Positions 53,754 to 64,000 of a DNA stretch of 64,000 nucleotides are shown here, piece by piece. Location of the stretch: assembly GCA_025201805.1 (NCBI GenBank), contig MU619332.1, forward strand, positions 1 to 64,000, read 5' to 3'. How positions within the stretch are numbered: position 1 is the stretch's first letter; each line of letters starts with the position of its first letter. This DNA comes from Parasitella parasitica NRRL 2501. Taxonomy: Eukaryota > Fungi > Mucoromycota. Below the pieces are notes generated by a model. It was not told where the DNA came from. It made no database searches and saw nothing but the letters and a program-made list of their open reading frames with translations. Made by a program: the position numbers and the translations under genes.

Positions 53754-56700
53754 ATGATTATAAAGGATGTGGAATTACACCTCCTTATTCTGGTATTCTG
53801 CATTTGTCATACACGGGCTACAGGTCGTCTTCTTTCTTTCTCTTTCTTCCTTCATCCCTTTTTATTTCGTCCGAATATGAATTCGTCCATAACACCTGCT
53901 GGGCAAGAACTGAAAAGCACCAACAGGCCCATCTTTGGTGCGAATTCGATAGTAATCAATGATACCATTTACATACATGGTGGTTTTTATAATGTTGCTC
54001 CGTGGAACAAAGAGGCCCTGTGGGCATTGGACAGTTCACTCAGCAAATTTACTCAATTACAGACAGACCCATTTGCCTCACCAGCTGTGACGTACCATTC
54101 GCTACAGTCTCTCAATGCTTCAACGCTTTTAACCTTTGGCGGCCATCTGAACGAGCGAAATCTTACACCCCCCACTGAACCAGAGTATCTACGTTACTAT
54201 CAGCTCAGTTTCGATTCAATGCAATGGACACCGCTGCAGAAAAAAAATGCCTCAATAGCGACGCCAAGAGAGAGATTTTGGCATACGACTAGTAAATCAA
54301 ACAACATTATATACCTGTATGGGGGCATGAATATGACTCATGGCATGTATGATTTTTGGAAATACGACGCACAGACAGATGGCTGGACCAGACTGTCGAA
54401 TGTAGAAATGGCCAGATGTGGGCATACTTCAACCATGACTGAGTAGGTACAACTGCCTGACCTTATGCCCATTATCTAACACACTCGATTTTGCTTTTAG
54501 TGATGGCAAAATGGTTGTTTTGGGTGGCTATGATTGCTCCAACTCGTCGCTGTTGACATCAGCGACAAAGAGTTTAATACCCTTAGATAAAGCCACTATT
54601 TATGACACCAACACGAATAAATGGTATGAGCAGACCCTGAAAGGAGATATACCGCATGCGAGAACTTTTCATACGGCTGTCAAATGTAAGCATAATTAAG
54701 GCTCTTTAAAGTGTGTGTTTATTTAAATTCGGATATTTGTGTGTTAGCAACACATAACCAAATCATCATTTGTGGAGGTAACGCAGGAACTTCTGGATGT
54801 GTTGTATGTACACTGACCTTATTTTAATAGGCCAAGATGGAAAAGTAGAACCGTTTCAATCGTATCTGTCGGGAGAACACGCTGTTGATATGACTGCAGT
54901 ACTCAAACTAAACACATGGGAGTGGCGCATTCCAGACGCCTCACCCTATCAACCCTTTCCAAGGTCGCATGCCATAGCCAGCATCGTTAACGACACAAAA
55001 ATGGTTTATGGATTTGGTATTAAACGAAAAACAAGGGGCGACTGCGACAGAAACTGAATTATTCATGTAGGTATTAATTATCACACAGTCTATGATGGTT
55101 TGTATGTGTTTGACTCAGAAATCAATCAATGGCTTTCACCATATGATGCGTACCATGACACCATCCAACGCTACTCTGTCGGTTTAATTGTCGGATTATC
55201 AGTTTTGGGAGCCTTTCTCGGTTCAGCTTCGGTGGTCTTGCTGGGCTACTGGTTGATTAAACGGCATGGTGCAATTATTAACAATCTGTTCACAAACATA
55301 AGACAAAGTATATGGAACCCAAGGTAAAACATTACTATATTGTATATATATATATATATATATTCATATAGGCTATCCTAATCTCTTACTTTTTGGCAGA
55401 TCAGGAGAGCCATTGTGGGCCGAAATCAGTCGACTTCTGTTTCGTTTTTCATTTCTGGCCATCTTCATCACAATGACCACCGTGCTAGTTCTGCAGGTGC
55501 AAAATAGCCCAATCATAGATCAACAGTATTATGATCATAATTCTGATTACACGGTTATAGCTCCAGGTATTTAAGCTCATACTGCAATGACAACAAACAG
55601 GTATTTATAGTAAATGGGCTGTATAGACATAAGGTTTTGTTTTGACGGCTGGGTCAACACTACAAGCCCTGTATTACAATGCGCCACTGATTTCGGAGAA
55701 TCATGCGACACTTATCTGATCAACATCACGGATAAAGTCAAATCCAACTTGAATTATTACGGTACTAAGCTATCTTGTCAACTATTCAGAGCACCCAAAA
55801 AGTTATTCAAGCTGGGAAGAACAAATGATCGCATGGCTCATAGTGGCTCATTTCTCAAATTTTACTACTATGGTATACCCAGTACCAGTGACAGCATTTT
55901 ACATGTCGAATTATACCACCCTGACCACGATCCTAACCTTCCTGTGTACAACATCACTGGGGAATTTGAATGGTATAGCTCGGATGAAAATGCCAAGTTT
56001 CAGTCTTCAGAGCAAATGAACCTAAAGACAGAAAATGTGTACGAAGTTCATCCCACTTTCGCTACACGTATTGGGTATGAATTATTCGAGCGACAAAAAA
56101 TGGACGGTAGTGCGTGGAATTACATTGGTTTTGGATCTGCTCGCATATCACAGTATTGGTTAAAGAGTAATCAAATGAGTGCAGATAGAGATACATCATA
56201 CAGTACAAACCCACAACCTCTGGGCTCACTGCATATATACCCTATGCGATACGACACAACAGTGATGCGAGAACAAAGAGCGTTTACATTAGTCAATGGT
56301 ATGGGTATTGTTGGTGGTATATTTGGCCTCATTGTAGGGTTCCAAGCTAGTTTGTTTGGTTATCGGCCTAGATCGCCATGGGGTATAGTACACCGTTGGT
56401 CAGTAGGGCTGATGAGAAGGTCGTTGTTGCAAGGGCTACGAGCTAGATTTCCCACAACAGATGAAGTTCATATTCCAATTGTTCATCCTGTTCACAGACG
56501 ATTTTCTGAGGCACTAGCAAAATCACCAATGACACCAACTACTGCTAAAAAAGCTCAGTTTTTCCAAGCTACTATAGAGGAAGAAGAAGAGGATAGCTTG
56601 ACAATTACATCACAGAAAAAATATCAGGAGGACGAAGAAGAAGACGAGGGGAAAAGAATGGCTCGTTTAGAAGAAAGATTGCATGTATTTGAGCTGCTAT

Positions 56701-56759
56701 TTCAGGCTTACTATATAGACGATGAATTGTTTAGATCATTGCAAAATGCCCAAAAATAA
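53754..56759 (+). CDS. Kelch-repeat protein fused to a DEG/ENaC-like two-TM module (putative receptor-channel)
   Basis: Hydrophobic N-terminus (start could instead be 53877); Kelch repeats (IYIHGG, LLTFGG, IYLYGG, MVVLGG, IIICGG, MVYGFG); three TM segments (~55180-55255, ~55430-55495, ~56290-56360); last exons 55400-55566 and 55627-56759. The gene is solid; the channel call is inference. Confidence 0.85.
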
Positions 56760-56875
56760 CTATATGCATTGGTGTATTTATATTTAAAATTGTATTTCTT
56801 TTCGTAGCAATGATACGATGACATGTTATTGTGTAAATAAACATCACTGGGGATGTGGCAATCTATTATCATTAT

Positions 56876-57690
56876 TGTGAAATACATTCACTATAATGAT
56901 CTGCATTCCACTTCTAGATTCATCCAGTTACCTTAAATTGATATAGACTACATATGTACAAAGCTAATAAGATTTACAATACAGATTTATACTAAATAAG
57001 ATATAGGCTAGAGATGGCACCATCAGGATGGATGACGCTATAGACTTGAACTTATATCTCGACACGAGCCTCAGACATTTACTAGACTTATTATATGCTA
57101 CGAGCTTATGCCAGATAAGATCCACGCTTCAGATGTGTATTCTCAGTTTCCAAATACACACTGCAAGACATATACTTATATCCATGATACTAACTACAGA
57201 TACATTATATACTACAGACTTGTACAATATGGGCAATGCTTTAGATATGCTCATGACATGCTATAGACATGCTACATATACAGATATATGCAAAGATAAA
57301 TACTAAGTAGTTTGCACCCAGACATGTACTATTAATGTGGACTAAATAAGACTACGTTAGGAATGATACACGTTGGATCGATATTAATAACCTTCGTATG
57401 GAAGATTAAGCAGGGTGCCTCAGGTTAGTCTATCTACTCACTCAGATAGATTTAAGTTATCTTTAGTCTGCCGAGATGTCGTTTAGCACAGAATTAAAGA
57501 TGCTAATAAATCAGAATTGTCGTACACCTCAAATCACGAGAGTAGAAAATTCATCCGTAGCTCAAGTATATATGACCTGCCCAGTTGATAAACGGGAGTA
57601 TACACTTGTCAATTTGATAATGAAACCTATACCTTTATCAAGTTGAAATTTATTATTATTTTATTACAACCTTTTTCCGTGAATCCATAT
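56876..57690 (+). mobile_element. LTR family B, second copy (3' end missing)
   Basis: Colinear similarity to 2907-3741, starting tgtgaaatacattca; lacks the last ~22 bp. Confidence 0.8.
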
Positions 57691-57726
57691 TGCAGTAAAT
57701 TTGAAAGATTTACGACATGAAAAAAA

Positions 57727-57753
<27 letters not shown>
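57727..57753. repeat. (TA)n microsatellite
   Basis: About 13 TA units. Confidence 0.9.
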
Positions 57754-57760
<7 letters not shown>

Positions 57761-58005
57761 AAGCGATATGAAATTACAATTATAATCAAGTTTGGGGTTC
57801 TTTATTATAAAAGTATACTGAGGTTTTATCTAGAGAAAAACATCTTAGTATTTATAGGATTTGAATTGTTGTATATCAGTTCTCATGAATGAAGCATTGA
57901 TCCGAGAGTCAATGCGTTAATTTGTCGTTGTTTAGTTTTGGGTTTTCAGGAGAAGCAGATTATGATGAATGCTTTCACCATTGATGGAGATTTGCGTAAC
58001 ATTAG

Positions 58006-58278
58006 TGTAATGTCTGAGATAAGATAATTATAGAATAAAGAATATTGTTTTATTAATTGCTAAACTAAGAGTATTTATACTAGTTTGATCTAACTACGAA
58101 GTATCTGATTACTAAGTATCAAGTACCAATTGATATCAATATGATTATGCTAGAAGTATTCATATTGACATCTTCTATAGGATTGGGTACTTGATCTTAT
58201 ATAAGCTTTCTACAAGCTTCCAGCATCCTCCGTAGTTATCGACCTATTCAAGCTCCGGCTATGGTTGATTCCACTACA
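58006..58278 (-). mobile_element. Solo LTR (273 bp)
   Basis: TGTAATG...CACTACA ends; perfect TSD ATTAG (58001-58005, 58279-58283). Confidence 0.8.
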
Positions 58279-58770
58279 ATTAGTTGGCCGTGTTAATAGG
58301 ATGGCTATTGTCATACTTTAGTTATTGTGTTAAAGATATCCTTATCTAGAATTGAAATGTGCAAGTAGCTGTAGTGAAAATTTTTGGTTACACATCTTTA
58401 TATAGTAACTGATCGATCTTACTGCAAGTTGCATATGCCTTGCATATGTCAACATTGATAATAAACAACCTTTTTCTCTCGTAAAATTAACTTTACATTA
58501 TCTTACATACATTTCTCCCTAGTGTATATTTATTTACATTACAGAGAACTAGTCCTTTTATACGAATTTATTATAATATTGAATAGTATCTCTTTGTTTT
58601 TACAGTCGGCAAACATACTATATCTGTCAATCTATAACTATACATTTTTCTATATCAATTACTCGTACATATCAGAATGATGGAAAAAACTCATTGAATG
58701 ACGAGCTGCCATAATTGATATCTTTGTCATTACAGCGAAACGCAGTGAAAAAGTGGTGTAAAAAAGCAAG

Positions 58771-58975
58771 TGTTATGTCAAAAGTCTGATAAAATAAATC
58801 TGCCAAAGAATTACACTTTTATTCATAATACATCTCTCGATGTATTATATACACATTCATTACATTAGAGTTCTTAGCTGCATAATGTAAATCATGACTA
58901 CCCATGATTTACTGTAAGACCCTGGGACTGATCTGAGATCCTGATGTGAGACCTTGCCATGTTATTGATATAACA
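58771..58975 (-). mobile_element. Solo LTR family C (205 bp)
   Basis: TGTTAT...ATAACA ends; perfect TSD GCAAG; related to 59371-59607. Confidence 0.85.
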
Positions 58976-59370
58976 GCAAGATACGATCAAAATCCTTCTT
59001 TATTTTGAAAGTAGATTGAATGCGCAATTGGCTGTTATGAATTCTAATTAGCCTTTCTGGCTTAGTAGTATACTATCATACTACTTGGGTTGATTGGAGA
59101 TGGTCATTCATCAGGACAATAGAATAATTCTATATCGTGGCTATTCTAATCTTACGTGAGTGTGAATATTATTGAGTTGTTTATTGACATTGTTGATCTA
59201 ACGATGGATCAAGGACGACATTTTGAACATTTTTCTATTCATGCGATTAGGAAGCTTTCTTTGTTTGATGAATAGTTCCTTTTCAGGCTTTAGTTTGTGG
59301 CACAACATGCTATTTTGACATATGCCAATTTCTATCCCTGCTATTTGTTTGTCTTTGTAGTCATAGCTTC

Positions 59371-59607
59371 TGTTATGTCAAAAATAAGTCAGTAAAATTA
59401 ATCTGCCAAAGAGTTACACTTTTATTTTTTGAAATACATCCTCTGGATGTATTTATATAAACTAATATTACGTGCTAACGTCATCATACACAACTGTAAC
59501 CAAGATTTATATATGGAGCATGCGGTGTAAATCCCTGATTTACCACGCACATTGGCTTTTAGCCCCTTGATCTTGCTAAAGGTCTATGGCATGTTATTGA
59601 TATAACA
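59371..59607 (-). mobile_element. Solo LTR family C (237 bp)
   Basis: TGTTAT...ATAACA ends; perfect TSD GCTTC. Confidence 0.85.
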
Positions 59608-62241
59608 GCTTCTATTATTGGGAAGATGGCAATATTTTAAGATGGGAATCTAGTCTTGTTCACTTCAGTCATTAGTATTCTTATTCTGAATGTTTATTGT
59701 GTAAGGGAAAGCACACTTTGATCAGGAGTGTTTTCCTTCACGCGACATTCATTGATAAGGTCTTTAATTTTATTTGTAATTCGGTTTGATTTATATGACT
59801 CTATGTGTTATGCGAACTCGAATGGCATGAATTGACTATGCATGACATTTGAGTCTTATTTTATCAGCTATGCGCTTTTAGTTATATCATTCCATTGCAG
59901 TTCGTTCGTTATGAACAGCAGTTGCAAGCGATGTCTTTAGCGTTCTGTTCATACGTTCTACTAGTCCATCCGTCTGTGGGTGTTCCACCGAGGTCAACAA
60001 TCGTTTAATGCCTAGTCTTGCGCATACCTGCGTCATAGAATCACCCACCAACGAAGAGCCATTATCTGTGATCAATCTAGTTGTAACCGAGAACTTCAAC
60101 CCTAGTTCATATAATAGCGCTTGTGCTATATGGTTAGTGTGATAACTGGGAAGAGCCACCGCAATCGTCCATTTGCTCTAGTATTCACATATAACCAGCA
60201 GATATCTGTTGCCAGTTGTCGATAAAGGGAGCATTGCTATGTCCAGAGCCCAGATTTTGCCTATTCTTGAAGGTATAATTGGATTCATCGGCGGTACCAC
60301 CGAATCATTTCGGATCTTGTAGCGTTGGCATTCGTCGCATGTTCTAATCCAATGTTTTACATCGTCAATCATGGTTGACCACCAGCCTAATAATCGCACT
60401 TTGGCTAGTGTTTTGCCTACGCCATAATGACCACCAGTTGGGAGATTGTGCACGCTTCTTAATAGCGACTTGACCATGGGCTGAGGAGTAATTGAAACCA
60501 TCGAGCCGTCTTCGTATTGATACCAGAGAATGTCGTCTTTAAAAGCATATGGTTTCTTGACGTCTTGTTTCAGGATTTTCTGGATTTTCTTATCCTTTAA
60601 CTGTTCCGCCGCTTTCAATTGTAAGACTCCCGAGAGGAATTGCACAGCTCCCGCACCGCTTTCCCCTTGCGCTGGAGCTTTGCTCACCTTGCCAGCTTGG
60701 ATTTCTTGACTATTTTTACTTGATCTCATCGACTCAGTGCCTCAGCATCGACATTCAGAGCGCCTTTCCTGTGAACAATTGTGAAGGAAGACTCTTGAAT
60801 TGCTAGGATCCACCTAGCAATGCGTCCTTTGGGTTCATTGGTTGAGAGTATGCTCTTGAGGGCCGCATGATCCGTATATACTGTCAAACTTGCACCATAC
60901 AGGTACGGATAGAAATGCTTTAACGCATACACTACACAGAAAGCTTCTTGTTAGGTCGTGCTGTAGTTCTTTTCCGCAGGGGTCAGAGTTCGACTTGAAA
61001 AGGCAACAGGACGTTCATCTTGTACAATTACTGCACCCAGTCCATGCATACTGGCATCAGTATGTACATCATACGGTTTCGATGGATCTAGGTAGGCCAA
61101 TGTAGGGAGCGTCATAATAACTTTCTTCAGAGTTTCTAAGGCATTGAGTGCGCTTCCTCAGACCACTCATAAGGGACATCTTTCCTTAATAGTTGATACA
61201 GCGGAGCCGCCACAGGAACCAAATTTTTAATAAATCGATGATAGAAAGCACAAAATCCAAGAAACCTTAGGAAAGCCGAGACCGACATTGGAACCTTGCA
61301 ACCTTGAATCACTTGAACTTTTGTTAGATTTGATCTGATTCCTTGATCGCTTACTATAAACCCTTAAGTATGCAACTTCTCTCTTGAAGAATTGACATTT
61401 GTTGACTGAGATTTTCAAGTTATATTCGACCAGTCTTGACAGAACCGCACGTACTGTAACTCTTCTTCGAGAGTTTTCAGAGATGGGCTAAATACTATTA
61501 GGTCGTCCAAGTATACTTTACAACGTTGCAACCGTGTGTAATCCAAGCCATGAACCTGGCAAAGGCATTTGGGGCGGTAACGCAGCCAAAGGGCAGAACC
61601 TTGAAGTAGTATAAAGCCCCATCTGCTATAAACGCCGTTTTAGGGGAATCCCGTAAATCTAACGGTATTTGCCAGTAGCCCGCTTTTAAGTCTACGGTAC
61701 TTAGTTACTTGAAACCATGCAATTGATCTAGCAATTCGTTAAGATTTCCAATTGGGAACTTGTCCTTGACCGTAATTGCATTAAGCTTGCAATAATCTAC
61801 ACAGAAACGCCACTGAGGAGGAGTACCATCTTACGCTGCTTGTTCATGATCAACTTTTTTGATTAGTACCACAGGCGAACATCATGCGCTTGTGCTTGGT
61901 TCGATTACATACGCCTTTTCGTAGCATTTCAGCAACTTTTTTCTTGATTTGCTGCGTTTCCGCAAAAGGTCGTCGGTAATCTCGCACAAGAACAGGTAAA
62001 GCGTCGCCAATTATGACACGGTGCTTATATGGTGCATTCGTAATTGTTTGAGGTTCATCGTCATTTGGTATCAACGTCGAATAATCTTTCAAGATATCCT
62101 CAGCCAGCTGCTCTTCCTTCGTCTTCATTGTTTGCGTATTTTGAGCCTCTTTGACCTTGAATAGTTCCTTTGTTTTTGGTCGCAGGGCCCAATCTTCATG
62201 CACCATCCAATCCATGCACAAGATGATGTCCATATTTTGTT

Positions 62242-63193
62242 TGTTGGATCAAAAAAAGATGAAATAAAAACCAAAGGTTAACGAGATACGAAAACTAAAG
62301 ATACTTTATTTAAGATCAAAATTGCATCTGCTATTTATACTTTTTACAACTACATAAATTTATGGTGACTTATTTAGATTACTAATTAACAAGACTAATT
62401 CACAGTAAAAATCTACTTGACAGGGTACTGTTTAGGATACAGATCAAATCTTAGCGGTAATGTATTATACTCTGTATAATACATCATAAAGCGAGCATGA
62501 GTAGAAATGCGTAGTAGAATGGGATGACTTTATTTAGACATGGCAAAGAGACATAAGTGGTAACTTTGAATGGCGAATCTTTATCCCAGTACAAAGTGGT
62601 GATATCCTATGACATTTGGTTCCTGAGGTCGGTGTTTAATCCTGATGAATGTTCTTCCATCAAAGCTACTAGGAACAAACATTCTATCCTTTATACGTAC
62701 ATATCTATGCTCTTGTCTTACTGGTAACTCGAAAACTCTTATCCACCAAGCTCCTAGGGATTGGTTCAAGGTGTACCCAATTATCCCTCATCCTAGAGAT
62801 CATGGTCCTATTGCTGCGGCACTGTCAAATAACTATAAATACCTTCAAAACATACACTAGTTTAAATATTCATTCAATCTTGGAATAGCAAAATAAATAT
62901 ATTCAGTTCTAATTGTATTTTCTGGCTATATTTTGTTATTCTAAACAGGTACGATATGAGGTTATACAGCAAGGGCTACACGTCTTTGATCTGAAAGAGC
63001 CTTAACCTTTATCCTGGTGCTCAGATATGTGTTACTTTCAGGAATAACCTTCTTGATTTGAAACAGAGACTTTATTCTCCAATTTACACAAGCGTATCAC
63101 ATCACATCATTGGACAATCTTCAATCTTCAATTGAAGTACATTGCCATGATCTCCTGTCTATAATTATGGCAGATCGTTGTTGTTTGACAACA
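62242..63193 (-). mobile_element. LTR family A inserted in the Ty3 protease region
   Basis: TGTTG...CAACA ends; matches rc of 2135-2556; no TSD visible (ttgtt vs taagg). Confidence 0.8.
62429..62947 (+). mobile_element. Solo LTR nested inside LTR family A
   Basis: TGTTTAG...CTAAACA ends; perfect TSD GGTAC; the empty site is present in the 2135-2556 copy (~2369-2374). Confidence 0.9.
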
Positions 63194-64000
63194 TAAGGGA
63201 ACGCTCGAATTCTCACGCCATCCAAAATGAATTGTCAAATCGTCTTGTTCTTGGTAGGTTGACTTAATCCACTACCATATTGAATGTACTTCATCGCCGT
63301 TAAAAATGTGTACAGATTCATTTTATTTGTTACCTCCCAAGAGACATGAGCGCGCTATGGCCACGCTTCCCGCACTTGTATCATGTTCTTGAATCACGTT
63401 TTTGGGAATCAAGTCTTGAAGAACCACCATTAGAGCCTTAGCCAGAATAACTACCAAGAGCACCAGGGACACCACCATGTCTATGCTTGCCTTTGAAGCC
63501 ACCAGTGCGCTGAAAATTTTGTTGTTCCGTTATTGATAAAGCACTGCTGCCACTTGAGCTTGTGCCGTAATTGATAGATGGAATAATGGGAGTCATCGCA
63601 TTTTGACCCAGACGTTGTAAACCTTCTTCGACTTCCGTTGTAATGTTAATTGCCTCTATCAAGGTTTTAGGTCCTCGATAGATAACTGCACGGAGTAATT
63701 CACTGTTTATGCGTTCTTTAAAGTAACCAATTTGCACACCAGGGCGAAAGACTTGTGCTCTGTCTAATAAATCTGAAATCAATGGACCGAATTGCTTCAT
63801 CGACATTTGACCTTGTCGCAGCTTCTTCAATTCAGCTAATGCCAGCAACGCAGGGTCATTACCACCACCAAATTGTAGTAAAAATGCCTTCTTCACCTCA
63901 GGCCAACCAGTTCAATGCATTATCTGTTAGTACCACAGATAATTCCGCCGCCTTTTTATCATCGTCGAAATTAATAATTCGCATAGATGTTCATAATGTT

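Larger units (their letters stand above)
59880..64000 (-). mobile_element. Degenerate Ty3/gypsy retrotransposon internal region (gag-PR-RT-RH-IN)
   Basis: gag (63438-63896) with CCHC remnant; protease DIILCMDW; RT DLKAGYWQ, LPFG, YLDD; RNase H TDAS, TDHAAL; integrase HNLPTGGHYG..CDEC, WALDI, TDNG, HPQTDGLVER; many stops and frameshifts. Confidence 0.95.

Noticed and set aside
58370-58734. Another TG...CA element (tgtagtga/tcattaca)
   Set aside because: No TSD, and the right end overlaps the host repeat seen at ~1240.

Overview
Eukaryotic DNA from a fungus, most likely Mucorales (AT-rich, short GT-AG introns, Mucorales-type gene set; this assignment is inference). A compact gene island (~10.3-56.8 kb) holds about 19 protein genes: Zn2Cys6 TF, muskelin, cytochrome b561-like, NUS1, an orphan coiled-coil protein, a C365.16-like membrane protein, an atypical S1 protease, HSE1, GCN2, an SDR, an acidic orphan, RPP1, an ADY2-type transporter, a GT-A-like protein, a GH47 mannosidase, a small secreted protein, YRA1/ALYREF, SEN54, CNBP/GIS2 and a Kelch-TM protein. 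Repeat-rich blocks flank it on both sides. Left: a large inverted repeat built from a 1480-bp tandem unit, with LTR remnants between the arms. Right: a cluster of solo LTRs with intact 5-bp TSDs and a decayed Ty3/gypsy element carrying nested LTRs. The most striking observation is the gene at 53754-56759: a Kelch beta-propeller fused to a two-TM module whose pre-TM2/TM2 region aligns without gaps to the DEG/ENaC/ASIC pore signature, i.e. a candidate receptor-channel fusion in a kingdom generally considered to lack DEG/ENaC channels. Also notable: a LisH-like hidden exon enclosed by a stem in a long muskelin intron, two GC-AG introns, a GPI-type non-trypsin protease and a repellent-like secreted peptide. 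No tRNA, rRNA or CRISPR array was recognised. Exon boundaries were read by eye and no database search was run.
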